64,000 nucleotides of DNA from Antedon mediterranea (taxonomy: Eukaryota > Animalia > Echinodermata): the NCBI RefSeq assembly GCF_964355755.1, contig NC_092672.1:37454437-37518436 (forward strand), given 5' to 3'. Positions within the stretch are counted from its first letter, which is position 1. Each line of letters opens with the position of its first letter. Shown one piece after another: positions 1 through 14,224 of the stretch. The notes beneath the pieces were generated by a model. It did not search any database. It saw only the letters and a program-made list of their open reading frames with translations, and was not told where the DNA came from. A program made the position numbers and the translations under genes.

Positions 1-3000
1 ATTAGGCTTATACACCCAAACTAAAATAATCAAATTGTCAGTAATTTTCAGTTTTATTTAACACACAAAAAAGTATACGGAATTGATTAAATAGCAAATA
101 ATGTTTATTAATAATAAAAACTCTCCATTAATAGAGCTCTACCTGATTTCAGTTGATTTAAGCTTTTCCTCAAGTTATATCCAACACACTTTGGTACCTA
201 GGCTAATTCTCTACTTCTAATAATAATCCATATAATACATAATAATTAGTATAAACACAAAACAACTGAGGCCTATCGAAATTGCAGTATAAAACTAGTA
301 CGCGTACGATGTCACCACCACAAATCATACAGCAGTTTTTTATCGTGGACCTATAATGTTACATAAGAAACATGAGCACAAATATACGGACATATTGTCA
401 TTATTAATTACCATCACACAATCTAAAAACAAAGTGAACTGCTCTACATATGTCGTATAGTAAAGAATCTTAAATGAAACAAAATAGACCCATGTATGCA
501 AATTAATTATTCTAACATCTTTATGACGTAAGAGGCTTTATCACACATCATAAACTTTGTATCGTAAAATCCTAACCATGCTCTGAGAATGTACTTACCG
601 CTGCAATGTTACATTTGAAGCGTTGAATATAAAACAGGGGTCAGCTGGGTGCAAAATAATAATAATCCCACGCAAGAACGTTGATGTAATGTTTTACGTC
701 ACAGGTACAAATCTAGTCATAAAACACAGACGATTAACGAGTCCCTGCGTTGTTATTCACTCTATTTTCAAACAACTCAATTGTACGCAAAGTATCAGGT
801 AAATTAAAAATAACAGCGGCTTCCCTTTATACAATTACGAACAGCATCAATAATGATATTGACTTATCGCACCTACAATTCCAAAATGAACTTAACGGTG
901 TTGTGGAAGTTATTCGATGCAGCACAATGCACATTCATATTCGCTCAGTCTCGCGGCTTGTTGCTTTCTGAACGTCTGTTTTTTCACTGCAGCCTATTGA
1001 GTACCGTTCCGCTTGAATAAACAGATTCATTCCATTTAGCTCCGCCTATACGCGTGTTCTTTTAGTGGATTAAGTATAACTCATTAAACAAATTTGTTAA
1101 GTTCTTAACTAAACTTTAAGTACAGAGCAGGTGAAAAGAATATTGAATAGAATTATTTTAATAAAAACCGTTAGGATCTTCAAGAGAAACTATAATTGTT
1201 AAAGGATTTCAAATTACTAAACTGAGTCAATAATCCTATCATACACGCTTCGTGAATAATTCGTAACATAATGTTAAATGGTCGGTTTAGTCAAGATGAT
1301 AAAAAAAAAGAGGAAATTTGCAAGAAATCATTTCAGTTCAGTTAATCCACGGCGATCTAACAACAGAACACTGAACTTGCCTTGCCAAGATAGGAACTTG
1401 TATTGTAATAGTCCTTTGATCTTATGTCTGGCTGCGACAAACACCAAAATACATGTTTCCATGGTATGTAGGTCTACATCTCCGACCGAGGCGATCGGTG
1501 TCTGTTAAGGGGTGTGGAACTGCCGTGTCGCATCCACAGATAAACCCTACCATATTTTGGCATATCATTACCATATTTGGGCACATCGCACTTTTTTTTG
1601 TCAAACTAGTTTAATATTGTTACAAAATAAGAAGCAATAGAAAGATGATGCAACTTATTTTTAAAACAGGTGATGTGTAATTAAAAAATTATTGCCAAGA
1701 ATTTATTTTCACCTAATGCATTTTCTAGCGCATGGTTTACGATAACTAGACTAACACTTGACAACTATTGATACGAATAGTTTAAATAGCACACGTGGGA
1801 TACATTTAAAACATTTTATTTTGCATTAGGCTATGTAAAATTTGTGTGAACATGAGACTCTTCGTGTATGTAGGCTGCGTTCAGACCAGAAATTGATGAT
1901 CAACATGTAGGCCTGCTCTACATCTGAATTTGTGTTTCCGATTATACCAAGACAATAAATTCATCCGCGCGATACAAGGCTTAAAGCTGGTGAACCTGTT
2001 TCCAAACAGGAAGACTGAGTACAGGCTTGGGTTGAGCATTTACATTATACATTTGAAGGACTTTTTATATCATATCGAATTTGTGCAGAACAAAGATGCG
2101 AGAATTAACTTAACTTAAACCTGGCGTGCAAATTTACAACCTTAAAGTGCACAGCACCCAGGAGCACTTTCGCGCCGGGTGTATAATTCAAACAACACGA
2201 TTTCCACGACGTGTCACGACTCAAGGGCCTAGAACCCTACCCCACAGCAGTATCATCAACACTTTACGAGAGGAAAGTATGCTACAGTTATTAGATAACG
2301 CGCCTCCTGCGAACATATCACTAGAAAACTAATAATACAAAATTACTGTTGCAAATATGATTAGCACGTTACACCTGCCACGCACACCCGGGCGTGCGAG
2401 TGGCTTGCGCTTCATTTAAACGGTTCTCGATGTTCGTGTGTACTTTTTTAAAGACGGCAAATCGTCTGGGATAGTTAGGCAATCTGTTTGCTGATTTCCA
2501 AGATGAGATGAAACGGAGCAATTTTGTGACAGCGAAAAACCGTATCAATAGTGAAGATAGAGAAACGAAATGAAAGACTACTAGTGTACCAATTCACTGC
2601 CGGTTCAGATACCGGGGAGAAGTGATTAATTTAGTTGGGGATGGCCTCTCACTTTTCGACGGCAACCCCAAAAATGTGTGAACAATTAGGACACACGGTA
2701 CAAAACAGTATTTCTGATATGATGGTAAAGATGCACCGAATTTGGTTAAGTCTTTGTTTAGATGTAGAGCATCTTGTTTTTTATGTTTGTCGTGTAAACA
2801 GGAGAGAATATAAAAAAAAATAATGTAGGCGTACCGTCTGCAACACATGTAGCCTACCACATCATGTCCGATTTTACAACGTCGTATATTGACGGATGTA
2901 ATTGAAAACAGATTTCGATTCGTTACATTTTTACAACACATTCGTAATAATGTCTCAAAATACCATCACGTTTTAAATGTATCACATAAACACACATGTT

Positions 3001-3569
3001 CTTCCAATAAAACAGTTATATTAATAATAGTATAATTCTGTTCGCACGATATTTTACGGAAAATGGTCGTTAGATTGCGGAAAGTACGTCGACCCATAAC
3101 AAGGATGCCCCAGGATCTTCACATATACGGCCATTTAGGTAATGTAAATTAATAGCGTGGAATTGAAGGTTAGCTGTTTAGTGTGTAGGGGAAAGAGCGA
3201 CTATTTGCCGATGGCAAGCAGCTGAATATGACTATCTAAGTACTGGTTACCTTGTCTAATTGGCTTAAATGCTGTGATATGCAAAATCGGGATCGCCATA
3301 CATCACACGACAGAGATATCTCTTTCAATGTCTCTCGGTTCTTTATTTCTGTATGTCATCTTGTTTTTGTAACTGTTTGTAAAAAATGTGTTTTTGGAGA
3401 ATTTCTTTCGTTTATAACAATTGTCTTTAGACAAAAGACAAATCATTTATGACTAACAGGTATATTGTCCATGTACAGATTAGTTCATTGTCTATTAACA
3501 TTGACTTTTTTGTCTAGTAATTTTAATTTAGTTTTACTGACATTATCGAATCATGTTATCCACTTTTTC

Positions 3570-3756
3570 ATTAGGGACTTTACGCTACATGACGGGAAAT
3601 CAAAGGACGGTGCTCATGAATGATTTAACAAAGTGGGCGGAGCTTGCGAACACAAAATCTCAAAAATATGTACGCCGCTTACATAACGCCACCTTAACGC
3701 CGTGAGTCTGAACAACGCTCCTTCCCTAAACCGTCCTGTTGCGTAAAGTCCCTAAT
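3570..3756. mobile_element. Short MITE with ~26-bp terminal inverted repeats
   Basis: ATTAGGGACTTTACGCTACATGACGG at 3570 is mirrored by CCGTCCTGTTGCGTAAAGTCCCTAAT ending at 3756. No ORF. Confidence 0.75.
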
Positions 3757-4844
3757 ATGGCTCTTCTGTGAATCTAGTACACAGAGAACGAAGAAGGAAA
3801 AACAGAGAATTTATGTTTTTGTCTTGAAACTTGCCGAGCAATCAGCAGATTGCAAATTCCCGCCGTTGTTGATTTATACTTCTGTATCACAGGGGTCATG
3901 TACAAACAATACTCATTTTTATGTACTTTTAGTTCATTTACGCTTGTAAAATTTACAATTGATTAAGAAATGATTGTTAAAATTCAAGGCCTGCAATTAG
4001 AGACAATTTAGTCAAAAAGACCTGAAGCGTTTTTAAAATGACAGGCAATTTGTTTTAAGGGGAAATACGCCTCGGGTTTACTGTGGCTTTAATGCGACAT
4101 GCATTCATCGACATTCACATCTCACATTTTCAATTTAATTGCGGTAAAAATAAATCTATGTTTAGGAATGTTTCTAATTTAAACAGATGGAAAAATCCAG
4201 GGAACAATCGTTGCTTATATTTATTGTCTTTTTGTGTATTCCCTGTCCGTAACAACATTATGACACGCCATGTGTGCCAAAATGTTTATCTTTTACAAAT
4301 ATTGAGCCGAATTTCCGTTTAGAAGAACAATAATCCCAGAGATTGGAGAGAATTCCACAATCACCTATGGAGCGCCGATAGTGCATCAATACATTTCCTC
4401 CGTAGGACAATTAAAAGTAGCCTAGGTATTTAGTACTATTAATTAAAAAGTGAATTAAGAGAATCGATTTTGTTTAAATTCTGACAACAATAGTAAAATA
4501 TTCAATTAGAATTATGGTTAATATGCCGCCGCGCGGGAATAGATTACGATAATGAAGCCTTTCGTCGCCAAACTCAATCAAACTCTTAGGATGCGATCAT
4601 CGTTAATTGATAATATATTTGATGCTGAGGTATACACACATTTTATATAGTTAATTCACTGCAGTGTATATTAGAATGAGTCATACTACGCTGGCATAGT
4701 AAGGAACTTATTGTCACAATTTACATTTCGTTTGGTGTATGTAAGGAAAGGACCAGAAGGAAGACCAGAGAAATGCTGGATGATTTATGATTTAAGAATA
4801 ACATAACAAACAATCTGTGAAAAGACAAGAGTGAGTGAATGAAT

Positions 4845-5075
4845 AAAATGAACGAACGAATAAACGGTCGATAACGATCTAATAGACGGACGAACGAGAA
4901 CGAACGGACGAGAACGAATGAACGGACGAGAACGAGCAGTCGTAAACGAACTATAACGAACGAGAACGAACGGACGACGAACGAACTACTGAACGAACGA
5001 ACGAGAACGAATGAACTACTGAACAAACGAACTACTGAACGGACGGACGAGAACGAACGAACTACTGGACGAACA
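4845..5075. repeat. Compound (GAAC/GGAC)-rich simple repeat
   Basis: Repeated GAAC, GAACGA, CGAGAAC and GAACTACT units. This explains the low-complexity ORF 4721..5026. Confidence 0.9.
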
Positions 5076-6130
5076 TGATTTAAAATGCTATATTGACAAC
5101 AACCACGATCTTTACGTTAAAGTGAAAACAACACAGAGAGTTATTGTTGTTAAAATGTAAACATCTCATTGACTTATTTTTTGATGACAATAGCAATGCA
5201 AAATTCCTTTTACCGGATGAATAGATCGGCCTTATTGGAATCCTGTCAGATTATTAGAGAGCCGTAGCATGGTATCGTAGATTAGCAACCCTCGGGTGTA
5301 ATCACGCATTAGCTAAATACTCAAATCACGATATTACACTCCGACGACGATGGCGGGTCACAGGTCACATAATTAGAACACGAAACAGTGTTAATGTTAT
5401 TGTTTTATATGTGAGGTATATTTTCTAAATGAACGTTGGATAGCAGGAATTGACCGTGGTGGGATCCCACATTGGGTTAACCAAAGAGCCGTAGCCTCTG
5501 ACACACTCAACAATCGAGGCGGTATGCGGGTAGGTCCAATGGGTAAAATCCCCACCCCAAGGGAACATATTCTGAACCTAACAAAAAAGGGTGATTAATA
5601 CTATTAAAATAGAGGTGTCAACTGGAAAGTCTTCTTAGGGATGTCCCCTGAATGTCATAGAAGAGGGTTTCTACGATAATATAATACGTCATCATCTGCA
5701 GTATCTTCTAAACGGACTGTTCTAATTATAAAATAAAATGCCTGTGCTTGTTTATAATACAAAATATTCATCGGTAAATAATTTGAATTTGTCGTCAATC
5801 AAAATTCGAATGCGGTATGAATTCCCAAATGAATATTTAACGCGCGAAAAAACTTGCACATGGCGCGAAAAAGGATTATAAACTAATAATTGCGCGCCAT
5901 AAAGCGACAAAGCAACCCACAAGTATGTATTGATGATAATTACTAAATAATAATAAACAAAATGCATCGTTGTGTCGCTCTCCCTGAAGGTACCACATGG
6001 GAAAACTATGAAATGAGTCGTCCAAATCTCTTCATCAGCTTTAGTAAACATATCTCAGACTCACTGTGTAATTCATGCAATTTAAAGACATTTTTTTAAA
6101 TCTTTTTGAAATAGGTAGCTGAACATATGC

Positions 6131-6277
6131 TTAAGCTCTGTCTACACTATCAAACTAGTTTGACAAAAAAAGTGCGATGCACCCAAATATGCTAGTGATA
6201 TGACATCATCATGTCAATATATGGGCACATCACATTTTGTTGTCACATAAAGAGCTTGATAGTGTAGACAAGGCTTT
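6131..6277. mobile_element. PIF/Harbinger-like MITE (family H1, representative copy)
   Basis: TIR AGCTCTGTCTACACTATCAAAC...TGATAGTGTAGACA(G/A)(A/G)GCT flanked by TTA/TAA, with internal CCCAAATATGGTAGTGATATG subrepeats. Further full or partial copies lie near 1540, 19647, 39516, 44147, 45104, 46862, 48515, 49122, 49645, 55192, 57224, 57882 and 61262. The superfamily is inferred from the TWA flanks. Confidence 0.8.
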
Positions 6278-8414
6278 AATGATAATAAAGCTATGAGATT
6301 TAAAATCAAACTTATTATGTTATATTCATTCATAATCATTGATAGTTTACGATGAACAAAGTTATATTATTAGTATTACCTTTACGACAGATGTCAATGT
6401 AAACAATCTTAGCATTTATGTGTATTTAGTAATCAAAATGGTTACAATTGAATGCATAACGGTCTCGATATGGCTGGCTACTATCCCCCACTTCACAATA
6501 TAACTGCAATATGTTCCTCCTCGTTAGACATTTTAATCATCTCCGACGCCAAAATAGCACGTTTTTCTCAGTGTAAATAGACTAATATCATGTTTTTTTA
6601 CAATAAAAAACATTGTTTTGGTGACGGCTTGCTTTAACATTGCTTAATTGTTATAGAAAACTCACGTATAGTTTCTGATAGTTTGATTGGCTATTATTCA
6701 CAACGAGTACGGTGTAACCCTGGGCAACGGTTTCATAGTGCGCACGAAGGAGGAGCAAACGCGTCAAAATTTCAAAAAAAAAAATTTGAATCTCCATACG
6801 AGAGTGATGTGACATTTTGTAAATGCTTTTGTTACTTTTTCATTTATCTTTGTTTGTATATCTCAGAGCAAACATAATTTCTATGTATATTTTATATGCA
6901 AATGAAAATAATGAAAGTAGGAAGAACCATTTTCAATTATTTATAGGCCTACCTATCTTTTGCGGTATTTGTACCTAAAACGGAAACAAATCAATATGTT
7001 TTCCAATATTTAACAAAACGGAATTATGTACAATGAAGAAATCAAATTGAACTTAAACATGACAGTTCTGTACCAATATTGATCACTAATCGATAATCGA
7101 TACTCAACCTTTCTTCAATTTCAAACCGAAAAGCTACACGCTAATGCGAGTGTCCATCCGTGCACGACGGTTATCTATCAACCGTGATGATTATACAGAC
7201 ACCCCGTGCGGTACTGCTATTATTCTGTTTTGAATATCTTAATATTCATGCGTTTGTATCGTTAAATAAGCGCGCTTTGTGATGATAAGTCTTCCATAAT
7301 ATGTTGCACATTTTATAGAGTTGCTTGTGTTTTGACCAATTGAAAGCAAGCTGAATGCAACGTACATCGATAGAAAGACTACTACAAACCCATTGTAAAC
7401 AAGGCTAACTTTGATAATATAGAATACTGTATAATATGATATCTTATTTGAATCTTAGAGCGAACTTCAAATCATGAAAACGAACCGCGTGAAAATGAGT
7501 GTTACCCAGGCTTACCATAGGCGTTGCGTATTAGCCGACCAATCAAACAGGGAGGCCTCACTTTATAAGAAATACCTGGATTTGAGGACCGAACTCATGG
7601 GTCGCAAGCTGGGAGACTTGGGAGGTCTATTGTCCCCTTTGGGGGTCTATTGTCCCCCACGTTTGTTTTGTACACGTTTTGTATTTGTTACAGTTTCAAT
7701 TCACAGTTTCCTTGTTTGTTATAACATTGTCAGTTTATTGACCATCATCTTGTGGTCATTCGGTCAAAGGTTGTCCGAAATTAAACTTTAAACTATTTCC
7801 ACCTGTTTCTATGGTGAAATATCACACAAAAATATTGAAATTAATCATTTTGATAAATGGCGATAATTATTTTTATTTTAATCCTATGTAGACAATTGAC
7901 AAACGAGTTCCGATAGGTCTGGTAATATTCTGTGTAATCAAATCCTTTTTTTTTTTTTGGTTGGACAATGGCCTAATTTATATATGATGAACAATGCATA
8001 ACTCCCTTCCCACCGCAACCCCCATTAACTTCGTCTAAACGCACATCTTATACAAGATGATAGCATGATAACAGATTGCCCTTCACAGTATCGGCACGCG
8101 ACCTTTAATTTTCTACATTTTAAATTATAGATACGAGCGTGGAATGCCCTGCAATCGTGTTTAAACATGAGAGCACGTTCCACGATGCAAATAAGCTATA
8201 CTATCTCCACAGTGTATTATGTACATATAATTACAAAGCATAATGGAGGACAATACAATGTTCTTGCCTTTGATCTTACCGCTAATGATTCAAAGACGAC
8301 AAACTTTTTTTATTTTTAGCAAACGGATCGAAGGTAGGGATTATGCCATTGGCTGTGTATCACTTGAAACCCATCTGTTTCAAATCAGATTTCCCTTCTT
8401 TTCTCCGTGGAAAC

Positions 8415-8770
8415 AAGAAAGGATGTACGCGAAACGCAGATGATTTGACCAATCACAATCTTGTGTAAATGCATGTCAAGGCAGTGTCCTCTCCATCTCA
8501 CTTAAGTCTGTCTGTTAAACACAATGGAAGGGTGTACGCGCAACGCAAATGATTTGACCAATCATAATCGTGTATATTACACCAAACCTCTTTTTTAAAA
8601 GCTTAGTTCTTAGTGGACATAATGGAAGGATGTACGCGCAACGCAAATGATTTGACCAATCATAATCGTATATATTACACCAAAACCTCTTTTTAAAAAG
8701 CTTAGTTCTTAGTGGACAAAATGGAAGGGTGTACGCGCAATGCAAATGATTTGACCAATCACAATCGTGG
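8415..8770. repeat. ~98-bp tandem repeat (about 3.5 units)
   Basis: Unit AATGGAAGG(A/G)TGTACGCGCAACGCAAATGATTTGACCAATCA(T/C)AATCG...AAGCTTAGTTCTTAGTGGACA recurs at about 8523, 8621 and 8720. Confidence 0.9.
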
Positions 8771-11075
8771 GTATAGATGAAGATTTCAGAACGCGTCCCC
8801 GTCTCATTGAAAAGGGGTATATTCATATTAAAGTTTAAACAAAACGTTTAGCGACAAAAGGTGATGCAATGAAAGTTTACATTCAGTCTGGTACATAATT
8901 ACACCCTACAGATACAAAATAATTAGCTGGACATCAGTCAGAGGATAATACATGTGCATGTAAAATGTGTTTCTAATCCTGGTGGGTCTTAAAGAGGTCA
9001 TTAACGTCTATTGTCCGGCTTTCGGCCCGAGAGTATTCCCACGGGCTATAGTAGTAATCTTTATTTCGCTAATGATGGTGGTTTAGATATCAAGGACAAA
9101 ATCGCATAATAACAAAGTGTTTTACATATTTACCAGTAATTTTTGAAATTATCCGTTCACACTGGATGTAATTTACATAACACGGTACATCATGGACGAA
9201 TTGGTTAGTGATAACCGGCAATTAGTCTATAATTAATTTTCTTAATATTTTAATGTCTTGGAAACTTTCTCCTCATGTGTTTTAAAGACAGATAACATCA
9301 TATGCTTACACGGGGTCATTGTCCGGGGAAATGACCACCAGAAGCACCAGGTCTGGTTGACTCAGAAGAACACTGCGCATGTTCACATTTGTGCTCAAAT
9401 GTGTTCTTTTTTTAGTGAGTGAGAAGATTTACTTATATATCTGTTTAAGTTTAAACATAACATTCTAAATAATATAGTATATAGTCTAAACTATTTCTCC
9501 GTGATTATATACTACCTTTTACTTCAATCAATATATCAGCATTGCATTGACAATAAATACACATGAGCATCGATTATTTTTTTAAAGAATGAAGTCTATT
9601 TTAGTTCTCATCTCATTCTTTACTTTTTCACCTCAAAGAAAGAAGAAGCCAACTGATGGAACATTATCGACAACTTGACAATGAAAAACGGAAACATTAT
9701 CTGATGAAAACAACAATAAAACACATAACGAGACAGTTAAGTACGGGACTTATGATCACGACTTAAATCTCAGTGAGTCAACATGCTAATGGAATACGTA
9801 CGCGTGTCAGTCTGAAAGCAAGTTTACGTGACATTACGCGTCAAATACGAGCTTACGTAAAACAACTGAATAAGATATGATGGATTAATAAACCAAACAA
9901 AAACTGCCTTAAACACAGTTAACGCCGTATAAAACAGGGAACCTTTACGTATAAAATACAACTACATAGTCAAGTCAAGTAAATTTATTGTCACTTGTAA
10001 AGATATAAAACAATATATTATTTCTTGTATTTCTAGAACTGGTTTCGGAATTTTGTTGCACGCGGCATAATCACTATTGGTATTGTTATTTGGAAAAATG
10101 TTCATATTTGGTACTAAATTTAACATAAAAAGTGCAAACGAAACATATATGACATCGGTGATGCCACAGTGGTCAAAGTTGACTAAAATGAAGATTAAGA
10201 TAATATTGACAAAATAGAAACATTATAATTGCCGGCCTCATCAAACATCTCATATAATAATTTGTTATAATTGGCGAAACAAATCATCGAACAAGTGTCG
10301 GCCCAGGGCTAGAGTCGGCAAATGTCTATAATCCACGCGGGAGACGGTCTACTGGTTAGGGGAGCAATTTAAGCAAAATAATATTGCTGGCGTCCAGAAT
10401 ACAGGGCCTAGGGGCGAACAAATAGAAAATCACGATTGTTTTGAATTGTATCTATCACTACCTCGATAAATCGAGAGAAATGGAATAGGTTTAGGCATGA
10501 TACGGTGACCGCAAACACTAGACAAACAAATTATAAACTGAAGTAAAAAGGCTATTTCGAGATTTACTAAAAATACATTAAAATTTAGAATAGAAAATAT
10601 AATATAGAACTTCCAAAATTATCTGCATTAAAATAACGGATATGTTATTGTACCATTATAGAGCCAAGAAAAGGAGCTGTAACACTAACGGGGGAAATCA
10701 AGTCTTCTTCGTATACCTTGATACAACACGAGATCTTGTATGCACCCCTAGTGGAAGTGTGGCCAGTGGAGCATGGGGAATTGTTTATGTATCTGGCCTC
10801 CTATCTATTTTGAAAAAAATAAACAATTATATACGCAATATTTTTTTCTCACGAGGCTTTCCAGTCATTGTATCCAATAAATATTAATTAATAATAATAG
10901 ACGATTTTAGGACCACGTCTCAACAAAGTGCAATGTGTTGTTTCTGAAATTTAGACACAAAATGAAGTTGGGTGGGGTGAATTAGCTAGATCTAGGTTGG
11001 GAAACAAAGTCTATTTATCTTGGCCTACAATATACTACTACAAAATTATCTTTGCGTGTGTTGAATGTAATAAAC

Positions 11076-11621
11076 TTAAAGATGTATTGTCCCTTTGTCA
11101 AATTCCCAAAAAATAAAAATAGAAAGATTTCGAAAAAAAGTGGGTCATAATAGTTATTAACTTTCACCAAAAATTAGTCGGAAAAAAAATCATTTAACTG
11201 AAATACAGACGTTTTTTGGTTCAAAAAATAACTTTCGACTTCCAGTCAAAGTTTTCGATCAAAACATATCTTATAATGCAATGCGCTTATTTGGCTACTC
11301 TGTATGCAGCGCATAATCATAAAACTTCCTCGCGATCTGTGTGAAAACACCTTCTCAACCGCGACGGTGTAAACAATCCTAATTAGCATCATGCATAATG
11401 TATACTCATGGTTTAAAATCTTTTTTTACTTTTAATCGCGACTATTTTCCAGACGAAATGTAATCAAATTAATTTAGCTGTTAATTACGTCAAATTGTTG
11501 TTTTTGGCTTGAATTTTCGACTTAAAGTGAATAACTTTAATATTACTTTGATATGGCCAATAAAAATTTAGTATATTTTGACTTTAATTTTTTTGGGTTT
11601 CAAGGGACAATACATCTTTAA
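11076..11621. mobile_element. TTAA-flanked MITE (Kolobok- or piggyBac-type), subfamily K1
   Basis: TTAA-AGATGTATTGTCCCT...AGGGACAATACATCT-TTAA. The interior is colinear with the copy at 53792-54320. Confidence 0.85.
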
Positions 11622-13248
11622 CGTTAAAAATGAGAATTTCCGTAAACTGTGATAAAACTTACATAAGGTAGCGTAACTTCCACCAATGAGATTACACATT
11701 ATTTTAATCAACATTGCACTTATTGCTTTATGTAATCAATTTTATGACAACGTTGATGGAATCATGGAGCTACGAATTCAGAAGAAAAAAACCTATATAT
11801 TAAAATTAACCGGAGCCTACTCTATTCTGTATATTTTGTGTATTGCTCTACACAATATTTATCTTGCACTCTAGTGATGCAACGTATGCCACAGAGTACG
11901 TATAGGTTCGTTGACCAGGACGGAATTTAATCAAAACCCTGTATTTTACAAGCAAGACTTGACCATAGCCACGCCCTAACAAAAAAACAGAGTGACCACC
12001 ATACACGCGTGCTTTGAAATCCTAGGAACAAAACGTGTGTGAATCCAATTGCCGAAATATTGAGGAATGTGTTGCATACCATCTCCAACACCCACGGCCG
12101 TCGTATACCTAGACAGCGGCACTCTTTCAACTACTGGGTTCGTAACAACTAATGAATGACATATGATATGTAAGCAAATTGTAATGTAAATTCAAAAACA
12201 TGTCCGCGTGCCAAACAGATTTAATTTCCATAGGTATGTTTTTGTTTATTTTATAATTTAAATTTATAATACTGTACCAACAATGCTAATGGGAATAGCA
12301 TACGCAAAAGGGAAGATAAATACGAAGGATCAGTTGAAGCGGGACCCGAGAAAGAATGTGAGGGTGGGGAGTCAATAGAGAGAACTGTAGGCCTACATTT
12401 AGCGGATCGTATACGGTACATTTGAAAAGATTTAGCACCATTTGTAGGCCTTTCTTCACCCCACTATTTCAAATAAAAGTCCTGGGTCCGCTAGTACACC
12501 GTGTACAGCAATGCGAATCAATTTCAGCATTCAAATCATGCACGAGTACTCAAATGGGGTATACAAACACACCCATCCTAAACGAATACACACGTTTGAA
12601 ATTCCAATTAAATAGATAATTCGGATAATTAAAGAAACTAACTGACAAAAGTCATCGTAGGTTATATTTATAAATATTGCGATTGTTCACAACTGTCAAA
12701 ATTCCAGAAGTAACAAAGCGAATATTTTTCAGAATAAAATAAAGTGGCAAACGCAGTGAAGCGTGAAATCAGAAACTACCGACCAACCATCAAACGCCTG
12801 CCGATCACGCTTGTCATTTTGAAAGTTCAGTTTTGAGCATCGGAGAAATTAAGTAAATTTCTCCATTTGAGTCTTGGATGTTTAGTTTAATAGTTAATTT
12901 GTTTTATATAATGTGTACTGCATTCCATATCCGAACTATATAACTAGAAAGGCATAATTAATCATAAAATACACATTACGATAATATATACAATACAGAT
13001 CTACTGTAGTGGATATATTGATTTGTACGAGTGCATTGTTCAACTGATTCTGTACAAGACTTCTAAATAACATGTTCGTATTACGTCACAAATTGAAGCG
13101 CGATATACGGAGTCCAATTCTGATTCTATATATAGATTACTCGCATGTATCCCTATGACGTCATGTTTGGATTAATGTTGAAACATTAGATTACAAACCT
13201 AAGATTTTCATTCCATACTTTCATCCTTTTTTTAGGTAATATTGTTTG

Positions 13249-13346
13249 TAACGGCCAATTTACACAGACGAGCGGTAACGGTAAGCGGAAAACCGCATAG
13301 CTTGTCCATGAAGGATCCCGAGCAGTAACCGACCGTCCGCTCCGCG
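13249..13346. mobile_element. Small degenerate MITE
   Basis: TAACGGCCAATTTACACAGACG...CGTTGTGTGTAAATGGTCATAA forms imperfect inverted ends. Confidence 0.5.
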
Positions 13347-14224
13347 TTGTGTGTAAATGGTCATAAGGAATAACATAGGTTCTATCTGTGTAAATTTACG
13401 CATTTAGTTTAAATACTTTATTTTACACCGTACCAGGTAATTTTAGTTTCGTACGATATTGATAAAAATAAACATAAAACAGAATTTCATAACACAAGCA
13501 GACGTCCTCCTACGCTAAGTTTTGCATACCATTATATACTACTATAAAAAAAAAAAAATCTGTCATTAATGTCTCCTTTGGCAAATGTATAAAATGTCAT
13601 TAGAGGTGTATAATGTATCGTTAAAACATCCGAATATCATTCATCAAATTAGTACATGTAATTAGCATACTCATGAATAATTCAAAAGGTAATGGTTTTT
13701 TAATTAGGCAATGAATATTATACGCAAATTGCGGCGTGAAAATGCACGCTTCATTGGTCATAGCGTTACACCACTATTAAACGACTTATATGACATATAG
13801 TATATGCAGTCTTGAACGTGAAATACATATATTAGTTAAATCATTTAGCATTATAAACATTTTAATGTTTTACCCGTAAAAACAATGTTAAATTATCATG
13901 ATATTTAATATGTTACATTAAAAATTGTATTTAAAAGGGTATTTTTTGGTTCATTTTTATAGCAAGTATTTTGCTTTTGGCTTACTTATATTGCTTAGAT
14001 TAACCATAGAGCTATTATAGTGACTATTAATTTTGAAATACTGTACCATAATCCTTTTAACCTAAATATTCATAGCCATTAATTATTTTTAATTTAACAT
14101 TATTTATAGAGGTGGCCCTAAATAGTATTCTGACAATCAATGGGCCCCAAATAAACAGATAAAACAAACATAGAGATATATAACAAAAAACAACTATACA
14201 AAAATATATTATTATAGTTCTATT

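Noticed and set aside
4721-5026. 101-aa ORF rich in S/F/V/R
   Set aside because: It is a translation of a simple repeat.
9311-9400. Possible minus-strand exon ending CCC|GTAAGC, plus another candidate at ~10718-10800
   Set aside because: No recognisable protein similarity, and no consistent gene model could be built.
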